64,000 bases of DNA from Alphaproteobacteria bacterium (GTDB lineage Bacteria; Pseudomonadota; Alphaproteobacteria; Bin95). The stretch is from contig OZ219785.1 in NCBI GenBank assembly GCA_964291285.2, positions 512,001 to 576,000 of the forward strand, given 5' to 3'. The notes under the pieces are model-generated. The model saw only the letters and a program-made list of their open reading frames with translations. It ran no database searches and was not told where the DNA came from. Below, piece after piece: positions 17,081 through 32,754 of the stretch (positions are counted from its first letter, which is position 1; every line of letters starts with the position of its first letter). Made by a program: the position numbers and the translations under genes.

Positions 17081-18394
17081 TCAGCGCTGCAGCGTGCTGG
17101 TGGACCGTCCCGCCGCCGCGCTGAGGCCGGCGAGCGGCGGGGCGGCCGCGTGGACGGGGCGGCGGAGGACCAGGAGGCGGCGGGCCTCTTCCGTGCGGGC
17201 GCTGCGAAGCAGCGCGCCCAGCAGCGCGAACTCCAGCAGGTCACGCTGGGCGCGGCTGCCGCCGATCCGCTCGTGCCCGGCCATCCAGGGCGCCAGCAGC
17301 GCGACCGCCTCTTCCCAGTCGCTCCGGGCATAGGCGCCGAGGGCGTCCGCCAGCCCCGACACCATGTCGCCTGCGGGGCCGGCGGCAGCCCCGGCAATGC
17401 GGGCAAGGGCGTCACCGCGCCCGGCCATCGCATGCGCCAGCGCCGCGTGAACGTCGGCGAAGGCGATGCCGGGATTGGGGAAGAACTCGGCGGCATAATC
17501 GCTGAGCCGCTCCCAGGTGCGGTCGGGCACGGCCGCGCCCGCGAGCTCCGCGCGCAGCACGAAAGCGGCGCTGTCGGTCAGCACGTTGATCGGCGGCCCC
17601 CAGGCGCCGCCCGGCGCGACATCGGCTTCGAACACGCGCCAGGCCTCGTCCATGTCGCCGGCCTCGGCCCGCCAGATCGCGACATGCCAGGCGATATGGC
17701 AGGAAAGCTGCGCCTCGCGGTCATAGTCCCGCCGCCAGGCGTCCAGACGCGCAAGGCCGGCGTTCCGCTCTCCGGCTTCGTAATGGACATGGGCGCGGAT
17801 ATGCGCGGCGTTGGCGTTGCGCGGATTGCCCTCGAGCGCGCGCTCGAGCAGGCATTCGGCTTCCGCCACCTGGCCGGCCTCGACCTGGGAGAAGCCGTGC
17901 TGGGCAAGGAACCACCAGTCGTCGCCGTAATGGGGCGCCAGCCGGTCGGTGAAGGCCAGCTGCTCCGCCTCGCGCCCCGGCCGCCCGCTGAAGCCGATGA
18001 GCCCGAACACGCCGCAGCAGGGCTGGGCGATCATCGCGTCGAGCGGCCAGTCCCTGAGATGCGCGAGGATCGCGGCGTAGGCTCCCGGCCCGTTGCCGTC
18101 GATCAGGAGGCCGAGCGCGTTCAGGTGCCCCGTCTCCCTGGCCGAGCATCCGTTCGCGGCGGCGCGCGCCTCCGCCATCGCATCGGCCGCCTCGCGCCCG
18201 CGGCCCCGCATCTGCAGGGCCCGCGCCCTGCCGGCATGGGCGAGCGCGAAGGACGGGTCCTCGAGGGCGGCGCGGGCGAAGGCCTGCTCGGCGCCGGCAT
18301 TGGCGCCGAGGAACAGGTCCATCCCCTCGACATAGGCGTCGTGCGCCGCCGCGCTGCCCGTCGAGAGGGGGAGGCCGTAGCGGTCGCGGAACAT
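17081..18394 (-). CDS. Tetratricopeptide repeat protein (TTC38-like)
   Basis: DRYGLPLST, AAHIRAHVHYE, HIAWHVA, IGGSRAQRDL; the ATG overlaps the acs stop. Confidence 0.8.
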   Translation of the reverse strand: MFRDRYGLPLSTGSAAAHDAYVEGMDLFLGANAGAEQAFARAALEDPSFALAHAGRARALQMRGRGREAADAMAEARAAANGCSARETGHLNALGLLIDGNGPGAYAAILAHLRDWPLDAMIAQPCCGVFGLIGFSGRPGREAEQLAFTDRLAPHYGDDWWFLAQHGFSQVEAGQVAEAECLLERALEGNPRNANAAHIRAHVHYEAGERNAGLARLDAWRRDYDREAQLSCHIAWHVAIWRAEAGDMDEAWRVFEADVAPGGAWGPPINVLTDSAAFVLRAELAGAAVPDRTWERLSDYAAEFFPNPGIAFADVHAALAHAMAGRGDALARIAGAAAGPAGDMVSGLADALGAYARSDWEEAVALLAPWMAGHERIGGSRAQRDLLEFALLGALLRSARTEEARRLLVLRRPVHAAAPPLAGLSAAAGRSTSTLQR

Positions 18395-20340
18395 CAGTCG
18401 CGGCGGTTGCGCCGGTTCTCGATCAGGTCGTCCACCACGGCGGGTTCGGCGAGCGTCGAGGTGTCGCCCAGATTGCCGAAATCGTCCTCGGCGATCTTGC
18501 GCAGGATGCGGCGCATGATCTTGCCGGAGCGCGTCTTGGGCAGGCCCGGCGCCCACTGGATGAGGTCCGGCGTGGCGATCGGGCCGATCTCAGAGCGCAC
18601 CCAGCGGACCAGTTCGGCATTGAGGTCGTCGGATGGCTCCTCGCCGAGATTGAGCGTCACATAGGCGTAGATGCCCTGGCCCTTGATGTCGTGCGGATAG
18701 CCGACGACCGCGGCCTCGGCGACCTTGGCGTGGGCCACCAGTGCACTCTCCACCTCCGCCGTGCCCATGCGGTGGCCGGAGACGTTGATGACGTCGTCCA
18801 CCCGCCCGGTGATCCAGAAATAGCCGTCCTCGTCCCGGATCGCGCCGTCGCCGGTGAAATACATGCCCTCATAGGTGGAGAAATAGGTGTCGATGAAGCG
18901 CTGGTGGTCGCCATAGACGGTGCGCATCTGCCCCGGCCAGCTGTCGAGGATGACGAGGTTGCCGGAGGTGGCGCCCTCCAGCAGCGCGCCCTCATTGTCC
19001 ACCAGCGCGGGCCTGACGCCGAAGAAAGGCCTGGTGGCGGAGCCGGGCTTGAGGTCGGTGGCGCCCGGCAGCGGCGTGATCAGGTGACCGCCGGTCTCCG
19101 TCTGCCACCAGGTGTCCACGATGGGGCAACGCCCGTCGCCCACCACGTCGTAATACCAGAGCCAGGCTTCCGGATTGATCGGCTCGCCGACCGTGCCGAG
19201 GATGCGCAGGCTCTTGCGCGAGGTCGCCCTGACCGGCCCGTCGCCCTCGCGCATCAGCGCGCGGATGGCCGTCGGCGCGGTGTAGAAGATCGAGACATTG
19301 TGCTTGTCGCAGACCTGCCAGAAGCGCGAGCTGTCCGGATAGTTCGGCACGCCCTCGAACATCAGCGTGACCGCGCCGTTGGCGAGCGGCCCGTAAAGAA
19401 TGTAGCTGTGGCCCGTCACCCAGCCGACATCGGCGGTGCACCAGAACACCTCGCCGTCGCGGTAGTCGAAGGTGAGCCGGTGCGTCATCGAGGCGAAGGT
19501 GAGATAGCCGCCGGTGGTGTGCAGCACGCCTTTCGGCTGCCCGGTAGAGCCCGAGGTGTAGAGGATGAAGAGCGGGTCCTCGGCGCCCATCTCCTCCGGC
19601 GGGCAGTCAGCGGAGGCGCCCGCCATCTCCTCCTCGTACCAATGGTCGCGGCCGTCCACCCAGCCGATCTCGCCGCCGGTGCGGCGCACGACAATGCAGG
19701 TGGTGCAGTCCGGGCAGGAGGCCAGCGCGGCGTCGGTACTGGCCTTCAGCGGAACCGTGCGCCCGCCGCGCAGGCCTTCATCCGCCGTTATGACCACGGT
19801 CGAGGCGCAATCGATGATGCGACCGGCGAGAGCGTCCGGCGAGAAGCCGCCGAAGACGACGGAGTGGATCGCGCCGATGCGCGCGCAGGCAAGCACGGCG
19901 ACGGCGATTTCCGGGATCATCGGCAGGTAGATCGTCACCCTGTCGCCGCGCTTCACGCCCCGCGCCTTCAGCACATTGGCGAATTTGCACACCCGCTCAT
20001 GCAGGTCGCGATAGGTGATGTGCTCCGAGAGCGCCGGATCGTCGCCTTCCCAGATGATCGCCGTCTGCTCGCCGCGCGCGGCGAGATGGCGGTCGAGGCA
20101 GTTGGCCGAAGCGTTGAGCGTGCCGTCCTCGAACCAGCGGATATGCAGGTCGTCCTTCGCCCAGGAAACGTCCTTCACCTTCGTGAACGGCGTGATCCAG
20201 TCGAGCCTCCCGGCCTGCTCGGCCCAGAAGCCTTCCGGGTCCTCCACCGACCGGCGGTACATCGCTTCATAGGCCGCCGCATCTATGTGCGCGCCCTTCG
20301 CCGTCTCGGCCGTGACCGGAAAAATCGTCCGCTCGCTCAT
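18394..20340 (-). CDS. acs: Acetate--CoA ligase
   Basis: [43 protein letters not shown]. Confidence 0.97.
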   Translation of the reverse strand: MSERTIFPVTAETAKGAHIDAAAYEAMYRRSVEDPEGFWAEQAGRLDWITPFTKVKDVSWAKDDLHIRWFEDGTLNASANCLDRHLAARGEQTAIIWEGDDPALSEHITYRDLHERVCKFANVLKARGVKRGDRVTIYLPMIPEIAVAVLACARIGAIHSVVFGGFSPDALAGRIIDCASTVVITADEGLRGGRTVPLKASTDAALASCPDCTTCIVVRRTGGEIGWVDGRDHWYEEEMAGASADCPPEEMGAEDPLFILYTSGSTGQPKGVLHTTGGYLTFASMTHRLTFDYRDGEVFWCTADVGWVTGHSYILYGPLANGAVTLMFEGVPNYPDSSRFWQVCDKHNVSIFYTAPTAIRALMREGDGPVRATSRKSLRILGTVGEPINPEAWLWYYDVVGDGRCPIVDTWWQTETGGHLITPLPGATDLKPGSATRPFFGVRPALVDNEGALLEGATSGNLVILDSWPGQMRTVYGDHQRFIDTYFSTYEGMYFTGDGAIRDEDGYFWITGRVDDVINVSGHRMGTAEVESALVAHAKVAEAAVVGYPHDIKGQGIYAYVTLNLGEEPSDDLNAELVRWVRSEIGPIATPDLIQWAPGLPKTRSGKIMRRILRKIAEDDFGNLGDTSTLAEPAVVDDLIENRRNRRD

Positions 20341-20408
20341 CGCCGTCGCCTCCCGTTCGTTCCCGAACCCGCCCGATAGTCGCGCCGCCGGGCGGTTTTT
20401 TCCAGACC

Positions 20409-21491
20409 TTATCCGCCGCCGCCCGGCTCCCGGAACTGCTTGCCGAGGCGCAGGCCCTGCGCCTGGTAGGTGGAGCCGATGCCGCCGCCGTAAATCTTGT
20501 CCGGGGCCGCCAGCATCGGCTCATAGATCAACCGGCCGACCGGCTGGCCATCCTCGACCACGAAAGGCACATCGTGGGCGCGCACCTCCAGCACCGCCCG
20601 GCTGCCGGCGCCGTAGCCGAAACCCGGATCGAAGAAGCCGGCATAGTGGACCCTGAACTCGCCGACGCGGGTGTCGTAGGGCCGCATTTCGGCCGCATGG
20701 TCGGGCGGGATCGCGACGGTCTCCTTGGACGAGAGGATGTAGAAGTCGTCGGGATTGAGCACGATGCCGCGGCCGGGACGGGCGGCGACCGGCTCCCAGA
20801 ACTCGTCCGGGTCGTAATGGCCGATCCGCTCGACATCGATGAGGCCCGCATGGGCGCGCGCCTTCCAGGCGATGACGCCGCCCGTTCCCCGCGCGTCCAC
20901 CGTGAGCACCAGCCCGTCGTCGATGACCGCTTCCCGGTCCACCAGCGCGTCGCGCGCGTGCAGGTCGCGCAGCGCCGGATCGTCGCCGCCCTGCGCGCCC
21001 CGCCTGAGCCGCAGCTGCACGAGGCGCGCGCCTTCCCGGACCAGGATGGAGAAGGTGCGCGGCGCCAGCTCCACATAGAGCCGGCCCTCGTAGCCGGCCG
21101 GCAGCCGGTCGAATTCCGGCACGCGGTCGGCGATCAGGCGCGCGAAGACATCGAGCCGTCCGGTCGAGCTCTTGGGATTGGCGATGGCCGCCGTGCCGGC
21201 ATCGAGCGCGACCCGCTCCATGAGTTCGGCGATATAGACGCAGCCGCGCTCCAGCACCGCGCCGCGGCCCAGGTCGATCTCGTGCATGGCGTGGCGCTCG
21301 ATGCGCTCCGCGACGGCGCCGTCCGGGTCCGGCAGGAAGCTCGCCCGGACCCGCCAGGCGCGGCGCCCGAGCCGGAGGTCGAGGCTCGCCGGCTGTATCT
21401 GGTCTTCCTCGACGGGGCGGCAGGCCGAGAGCGCACCGGCCTCGACAGCCTCCCGCAGAAGCTGCGACGGCAGGATGCCGGCGGGCTTCAC
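20409..21491 (-). CDS. dcd: dCTP deaminase (alphaproteobacterial long form)
   Basis: [44 protein letters not shown]; GTG start overlaps the upstream stop. Confidence 0.92.
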   Translation of the reverse strand: MKPAGILPSQLLREAVEAGALSACRPVEEDQIQPASLDLRLGRRAWRVRASFLPDPDGAVAERIERHAMHEIDLGRGAVLERGCVYIAELMERVALDAGTAAIANPKSSTGRLDVFARLIADRVPEFDRLPAGYEGRLYVELAPRTFSILVREGARLVQLRLRRGAQGGDDPALRDLHARDALVDREAVIDDGLVLTVDARGTGGVIAWKARAHAGLIDVERIGHYDPDEFWEPVAARPGRGIVLNPDDFYILSSKETVAIPPDHAAEMRPYDTRVGEFRVHYAGFFDPGFGYGAGSRAVLEVRAHDVPFVVEDGQPVGRLIYEPMLAAPDKIYGGGIGSTYQAQGLRLGKQFREPGGGG

Positions 21492-21991
21492 TCGATGAAG
21501 GTGAGCGCGTGCGTGAAGCCGCGCAGCGAGATCGGGAGGGCCACCTGCCTGCCATCCACCATGGTGAAGGACAGCACAGCGGTCACCCGCTGCTTGAATG
21601 CGGTCAGCATCACCTCGTCCATGCGCATGTTCGCCTCGCAGCCGGCGCGCACGCAGAACAGCAGAGGCGGGCGCCGGACGGCCTTCTCGTCGCCCTCCAC
21701 CCAGACCGTCATGCCGGCGGGCAGGTTGACGCCGAGCGGCACCGTCAGCGAAGCCAGCAACGGCTTGCCGGGTCCGGGCCGCCCGACCGCGACCGTAGCC
21801 GCAGCCTGCTCGGAGCCCTCCGGGACCAGCCGCTGGAAGATAAAGCACTGCTCCGCAGCATCGGGCCTGTCCCTGGGCGCCTGGAGGCAGCCCTTGGTCC
21901 AGTCGCCGGACTTTTCGCCCTGGACGACCTGGGCGGCCGCCGGCAGCGCGGCCGCGGCCAGAATAAGCAGGAACAGGGTTCTGAGAAGCAT
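21488..21991 (-). CDS. Invasion-associated locus B (IalB) family protein
   Basis: Signal peptide, GDW..GC, C..FQ, PLGVNLPAG, FC..AGC, ISLRGF. Confidence 0.85.
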   Translation of the reverse strand: MLLRTLFLLILAAAALPAAAQVVQGEKSGDWTKGCLQAPRDRPDAAEQCFIFQRLVPEGSEQAAATVAVGRPGPGKPLLASLTVPLGVNLPAGMTVWVEGDEKAVRRPPLLFCVRAGCEANMRMDEVMLTAFKQRVTAVLSFTMVDGRQVALPISLRGFTHALTFIE

Positions 21992-22145
21992 GGGGCAGGG
22001 ACTCTGGACAGACGGGTCGGAGCGGGCGGCTGTTTAGCACTGCCGGGGCGGGTTTGGCGAGAGCCGCAGGCAGGCCCCCTCGTTGCCGTGCCCCGGCAGA
22101 ATGGGTATAGCAGCGGCGATGCGAAAGGCGGAGAGGGGCGGCGCC

Positions 22146-23315
22146 ATGCAGTTCGGGTGGAGCGAGCAACACGAGCAGATGCGCGAGGCGGTGGAACGCC
22201 TCTGCGCGGGATTCGACCTCGACTACTGGCGCGAGCGCGACGGGGAAGGGGAGTTCCCGCACGATTTCCACCGCGCCATGGCGGAAGGCGGATGGCTCGG
22301 CATCGCCATGCCGGAGGAGTTCGGCGGCTCGGGGCTCGGCATTGTCGAGGCGACGATCCTGATGCAGGCGGTGGCCCAGTCGGGCGCCGGAATGAGCGGC
22401 TGCTCCGCGATCCATCTCAACATTTTCGGACCCCATCCCATCGTCAGGCACGGCACGGACGAGCAGCGCCGGCGCATGCTGCCGGAGCTGATCGCCGGCG
22501 AGAAGAAAGCCTGTTTCGCGGTCACCGAGCCGGACTCCGGCCTCAACACCTCCAGCCTGAAGACGCGGGCCGAGCCGGACGGCAGGGGCGGCTACGTCGT
22601 CCACGGGCAGAAGCTCTGGACCTCGACGGCGCAGGTGGCCGACAAGATGCTGCTGATCGCGCGCACCACGCCGCAGGAGCAATGCAAGCGGGCCTTCGAC
22701 GGGCTGACGCTCTTCTATACGGACTTCGACCGGCGCTATCTCACGCCGACGGAAATTCCGAAGATGGGCCGGTCGGCGGTCGATTCGAATTCGCTGTTCC
22801 TGGACGGTCTGCCGGTGCCGGCCGAGGATCGCATCGGCGAGGAGGGCAGGGGCTTCTACTACCTGCTGGACGGCCTCAACCCGGAGCGCATCCTCGTCGC
22901 TGCCGAGGCGGTCGGAATCGGGCGCTGCGCCTTGCAGCGGGCGGCGGACTATGCGCGCGAGCGCCGGGTGTTCAACCGCCCCATCGGGCAGAACCAGTCG
23001 ATCCAGCACCCGCTGGCGGAGAGCTGGGCGAAACTGGAGGCCGCCGAACTGCTCGTCTACAAGGCGGCGTGGATGTACGACCGGGGCGAGGCGTGCGGGC
23101 CGCAGGCCAATGCCGCGAAATACCTGGCGGCGGAAGTGGGCCACGAAGCCTGCGAGCGCGCCATCCTGACCCATGGCGGCATGGGCTACGCCAAGGAGTA
23201 CCATGTCGAGCGCTGGCTCCGGGAGATCTGGATCGCCCGGATCGCGCCGGTGAGCTGGCAGCTCGCGCTCTCCTTCATCGCCGAGAAGGAACTCGACCTG
23301 CCGAAGAGCTACTGA
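22146..23315 (+). CDS. Acyl-CoA dehydrogenase
   Basis: [54 protein letters not shown]. Confidence 0.94.
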   Translation: MQFGWSEQHEQMREAVERLCAGFDLDYWRERDGEGEFPHDFHRAMAEGGWLGIAMPEEFGGSGLGIVEATILMQAVAQSGAGMSGCSAIHLNIFGPHPIVRHGTDEQRRRMLPELIAGEKKACFAVTEPDSGLNTSSLKTRAEPDGRGGYVVHGQKLWTSTAQVADKMLLIARTTPQEQCKRAFDGLTLFYTDFDRRYLTPTEIPKMGRSAVDSNSLFLDGLPVPAEDRIGEEGRGFYYLLDGLNPERILVAAEAVGIGRCALQRAADYARERRVFNRPIGQNQSIQHPLAESWAKLEAAELLVYKAAWMYDRGEACGPQANAAKYLAAEVGHEACERAILTHGGMGYAKEYHVERWLREIWIARIAPVSWQLALSFIAEKELDLPKSY

Positions 23316-23317
23316 GG

Positions 23318-23339
23318 CGGTCCCCCCACGGGGGGACCG
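23318..23339. terminator. Hairpin between convergent acyl-CoA dehydrogenase and rpoD
   Basis: CGGTCCCCCC-AC-GGGGGGACCG inverted repeat; no clear U tract. Confidence 0.55.
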
Positions 23340-25274
<1,935 letters not shown>

Positions 25275-25304
25275 GCTTCAACCGTCCCCGATTTTTTGCT
25301 TCTT

Positions 25305-27098
25305 CTAAGTCCTGTCCTGGGCGCGCGACCTGCGGGCCTCCATCACCAGCGCCGGCATGCGTTCCAGCGAATCCTCGGCGTCGGTTTCGGCCACTGCCGC
25401 CACCTCACGCTCAATGGCCGCGGAGCGGTATGCCGCGAAGACCTGCTCCATCCCCTTGCGCGCCTCCGTCACCGGAGCGTTCGGACGGGCAAAATGCGCA
25501 AGGGCGTAAACGGCCTCGCACAACACGCTGCCGACCGCGCCGGTAAGGCCGACCTTCCCGAAATGGGTCCGCCAGTCGCCTGCGTCAATCCCCTCTCCGT
25601 CCGCTGCAAGCCTTAGAATCTCTTGCCGAAGCCTGTCAAGCGACCCTGCGCAATCGAGCTCGGCGATTTCCCGGTCGAACTCGACTGCCAGCTCGGGGTG
25701 ATTGATCGCCGCCGCCAGAACGCCTTTCGCCTGGCGTTCACGCAATCCCGCAATCCGGGCCTCGCCGCGTTCCCGTCCCCCGCCCGGAGCGGAGGGCGGG
25801 GGACGGCGCCGGCCGGGCTGCGGCTGCAGGCTGACCCCGAACTGCTCCCGAAGGCGGGACAGAATCTCGGCTTCGTAATAGCGCCGCACAGTCTCGTCCC
25901 GGATCCCGGAGGCCAGCGCCAGCAGGTTGCGGCTGAACCGGGCGCGGCGGTCGGGCGAATCCGGGCGCACCGCCTCCGCCTCGCTCGACCACAGGAGGTC
26001 CACCGGCGACTGCGCCCGTTCCACCACCGCCCGCAGCGCCGCCGCGCCATCCTGGCGGACCAGGTCGTCCGGGTCGCGCTCGTCCGGCAGGCGGGCGAAG
26101 CGCAGCGACTTGCCGGGAGCAAGCAACGGCAGTGCCCGTTCGGCGGCGCGTCGGGCTGCGCGCTGGCCCGCGTCGTCGCCGTCGAAGCAGAGCACCGGCT
26201 CGTCGACGAGCCTCCAGAGCGCCCTCAGCTGGTTTTCCCCGAAGGCCGTGCCGAGCGAGGCCACGGTATGCGCGAAGCCCGCCTGGGAAAGAGCGATGGC
26301 GTCCATATAGCCCTCGACGACGATCACCTCCTTCGCGCGCCAGGCCGCGTCGCGCGCCTGGGCGAGGCCGTAGAGCACCTCCCCCTTCCGGAAGACCGGG
26401 GTTTCGGGTGTGTTGAGGTATTTCGGCTGCGCATCGCCGAGTGTGCGGCCGCCGAAAGCTATCGGGTGTCCCCGCCGGTCGGTGATGGGGAACACGACCC
26501 GGTTGCGGAGCGAGGCGCCCGGCTCTCCCTCATGCTCGCGCTGGCGGAAAAGCCCGGCCCCGACGAGGGTCTCTGCCTCGAAACCGCCGCGCTTCAGCGC
26601 CTGCATGAGCGCCGCCGAGTCGCCGGGCGCATAGCCGAGCCGGAAGCCGGCGATCGTGTTGTCGTCGAGCCCGCGGCCGCGCAGATAGTCCATCGCCCGC
26701 CGGCCCGCCGGCAGGCGCAACTGGCGCTCATAGAAAGCTGCCGCGGCCTCGACGGCCTCGAGAAGGCCCCGCCGCCGGCGGGCCTGGGCCGCCGCTTCGG
26801 GGCTGTCGCGCGGCACCTCCAGCCCGGCCGCCTGGGCGAGCTTCTCCACCGCCTCGGGAAAGGAAAGCCCCTCCATGCGCATCAGGAAGCCGATGACATC
26901 GCCGTGTTCGCCGCTGGAGAAGCAGTGGAAGAAGCCTTTGTCGGGCACGACGGTAAAGGACGGCGTGCGCTCCTGCTTGAAGGGCGAAAGGCCGACAAAC
27001 TCCCGCCCGCGCCGCTGCAATTTCACGTGGTGCGAGACGATATCGACCAGGGAAATGCGTTCGCGAAGCTGTTCCAGGAACTCGGGCGGGAACGCCAT
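25305..27098 (-). CDS. dnaG: DNA primase
   Basis: LSPFKQERTPSF..FHCFSSG, FGGR, PKYLNTPET, VEGYMD, CFDGDDAG, DPDDL. Confidence 0.96.
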   Translation of the reverse strand: MAFPPEFLEQLRERISLVDIVSHHVKLQRRGREFVGLSPFKQERTPSFTVVPDKGFFHCFSSGEHGDVIGFLMRMEGLSFPEAVEKLAQAAGLEVPRDSPEAAAQARRRRGLLEAVEAAAAFYERQLRLPAGRRAMDYLRGRGLDDNTIAGFRLGYAPGDSAALMQALKRGGFEAETLVGAGLFRQREHEGEPGASLRNRVVFPITDRRGHPIAFGGRTLGDAQPKYLNTPETPVFRKGEVLYGLAQARDAAWRAKEVIVVEGYMDAIALSQAGFAHTVASLGTAFGENQLRALWRLVDEPVLCFDGDDAGQRAARRAAERALPLLAPGKSLRFARLPDERDPDDLVRQDGAAALRAVVERAQSPVDLLWSSEAEAVRPDSPDRRARFSRNLLALASGIRDETVRRYYEAEILSRLREQFGVSLQPQPGRRRPPPSAPGGGRERGEARIAGLRERQAKGVLAAAINHPELAVEFDREIAELDCAGSLDRLRQEILRLAADGEGIDAGDWRTHFGKVGLTGAVGSVLCEAVYALAHFARPNAPVTEARKGMEQVFAAYRSAAIEREVAAVAETDAEDSLERMPALVMEARRSRAQDRT

Positions 27099-27118
27099 CC
27101 GGTGCGCCGGGCCTGCCG

Positions 27119-27574
27119 TCAGGCCGCCAGCGCGGCCTTGACCGTCCGGCTGATCTCGCCGAAGTCCATCTGGCCTGCATAGCGCCGCTTGAGCTCGGCC
27201 ATGACGCGCCCCATGTCGCGCATGCCCGAGGCGCCGAGGTCGCCGACCACGGCGTTCACCGCGGCAATCTGGGCATCCGGGTCGAGCTTGGCCGGCAGGA
27301 ACCTCTGGATGACGATGATTTCGCGTCTTTCCTCATCCACGGAGTCGAGCCGGCCGGCCTCTTCGTAGTAGCGGGAGGACTCCTCCCGCTGACGGACCAT
27401 CTTTTGCAGCAGTTCCCGGATTTCGGCATCGCCGATGCCGTCCGCATTGCCCTGTCCGCGCGCCGCGATGTCACGGTCCTTGATCGCGGCCAGAATCAGC
27501 CTGACCGTTCGCAAGGTCATGACATCCTTGGCCCGCAAGGATTCCTTCAATGCCTCGTTCAGTTGCGCCCGCAT
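27119..27574 (-). CDS. GatB/YqeY domain protein
   Basis: RLILAAIKDRDI, KMVRQREES, MRDMGRVM; conserved position next to dnaG. Confidence 0.92.
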   Translation of the reverse strand: MRAQLNEALKESLRAKDVMTLRTVRLILAAIKDRDIAARGQGNADGIGDAEIRELLQKMVRQREESSRYYEEAGRLDSVDEERREIIVIQRFLPAKLDPDAQIAAVNAVVGDLGASGMRDMGRVMAELKRRYAGQMDFGEISRTVKAALAA

Positions 27575-27831
27575 GGAAGTCTCCCGCTCTTCCAGGTCGC
27601 GGCCGGTGCCCCGCCGCGAGTTCTGACAGGTTCACGACAAAACGCCGCATACACGGCGTAACGTGTTGAAATAGAAGTTTTCTCCTGCTGGTGCATGCCT
27701 TGACACAGGCTGCCCGCCCGCTTATCCCCTTGGCGGTTGGAACATGCCCCGGACAGCGGAAATTATGTATTCCCGACTTCTGTCGTCAAGGGTCTCCGAC
27801 CGTTGCCCGGCGCAAACGAGCTAGTAATCCA

Positions 27832-28984
27832 ATGGTTATCCAAGTCCCCAGACCGGACGGCGCCACGGCCGCCCTGGCGCTTGCAGACGGCGCCGTGTTC
27901 TGGGGCCGGGGATTCGGTGCGGAGGGCACGGCGGTCGGAGAGGTCTGTTTCAACACCTCGCCGACCGGCTACCAGGAAATCCTGACCGACCCGTCCTATG
28001 CCGGGCAGATCGTCACCTTCACCTTCCCGCATATCGGCAATGTGGGCGCCAATGGCGAGGATGTGGAGTCGGACGCGCCGGCCGCGCGCGGGCTCGTATT
28101 GCGCATGGACCCGACCGAGCCGTCCAATTTCCGCGCGACGCGGCGGCTGGAGGACTGGCTCTCGGGCAGCGGCCTTGTCGGTGTCGCCGGTATCGACACA
28201 CGCGCGCTGACCCGGCGCATCCGCGACGCCGGCGCGCCCAACGGCGTCGTCGTCCACGCCCCGGACGGCCGCATCGACATCGACGGCGCAATCGCCCGCG
28301 CCGCGGCCTGGCCGGGCCTGGAGGGCATGGACCTCGCGCGGGAGGTTACCTGCCGGCAGACCTATCGCTGGGACCGGACTCGCTGGGCGCTCGGCAACAG
28401 CTATGGCCGGCTGGAGCGCCCGTCGCGCCATGTCGTCGCCGTAGATTACGGCGTCAAGCACAATATCCTGCGTTGTCTGGCGGAGCTCGGCTCGGCGGTG
28501 ACGGTCGTGCCTGCCGAAACGGAGGCGGAGGCCATTCTGGCGCTCGAGCCCGACGGCATCTTCCTCGCCAATGGCCCGGGCGACCCGGCGGCCACCGGCG
28601 CTTATGCGACCGGAACCGTCCGCACCTTGATCGCCAGCGGCAAGCCGATCTTCGGCATCTGCCTCGGCCACCAGATACTGGCGCTGGCGCTCGGCGCAAG
28701 CACCGCGAAGATGGCCATCGGCCATCGTGGCGCGAACCATCCGGTCAAGGACCTGGAGACCGGCAAGGTCGAAATCACCAGCCAGAACCACGGCTTTGCC
28801 GTGCTGCGGGAAAGCCTGCCGCCGGGCGTGGTCGAGACGCACCGCTCGCTCTTCGACGGCTCGGTGGAAGGGTTGCGGGCAGAAGGCAGGCCGGTCTTCT
28901 CGGTGCAGTACCATCCGGAAGCCTCCCCCGGTCCCAGGGACGCCCATTATCTCTTCCGGCGCTTCACCGACATGATGGACGCCC

Positions 28985-28992
<8 letters not shown>
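27832..28992 (+). CDS. carA: Carbamoyl-phosphate synthase small subunit
   Basis: [46 protein letters not shown]. Start position approximate. Confidence 0.96.
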
Positions 28993-32242
<3,250 letters not shown>

Positions 32243-32265
32243 TTGTAGCTTTTGCGCAAGGGAAA

Positions 32266-32748
32266 ATGGCTGAGATGGACAAGGTGCCGATGACGCCTGA
32301 AGGCTATCGCCGGATGGAGGAGGAGCTGCGCCGGCTGAAGACGGTCGAGCGGCCTGCCGTCGTGCGGGCCATCGCTCAGGCCCGGGAGCACGGGGACCTG
32401 TCCGAGAATGCCGAATATCACGCGGCCCGCGACCGGCAGTCCTTCATCGAGGGCCGCATGGCGGAACTCGAGGACAAGGTCTCGCGGGCGGAGGTGATCG
32501 ACCCCTCCCAGGTCTCCGGCGACAAGGTGATGTTCAGCGCGCAGGTGACCGTCGTGGACGAGGAGAGCGACGAGGAATCCTGCTACCGCATCGTCGGCCA
32601 GGACGAGAGCGACATTGCGGAGGGCCGGCTGTCTATTGCTTCGCCGATGGCGCGCGCCATGATTGGCAAGTCGGTCGGCGACCAGATCGAGGTGGATGCC
32701 CCCGGCGGGGCGCGCTACTACGAGATCGTGAAGATCGACTACGCCTGA
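32266..32748 (+). CDS. greA: Transcription elongation factor GreA
   Basis: AREHGDLSENAEYHAA, SIASPMARAMIGK. Confidence 0.97.
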   Translation: MAEMDKVPMTPEGYRRMEEELRRLKTVERPAVVRAIAQAREHGDLSENAEYHAARDRQSFIEGRMAELEDKVSRAEVIDPSQVSGDKVMFSAQVTVVDEESDEESCYRIVGQDESDIAEGRLSIASPMARAMIGKSVGDQIEVDAPGGARYYEIVKIDYA

Positions 32749-32754
32749 TCCCAC

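Noticed and set aside
20409-23204. 931-aa fusion ORF containing dcd
   Set aside because: The N-terminal part overlaps the IalB and acyl-CoA dehydrogenase genes; the real gene starts at about GTG 21491.
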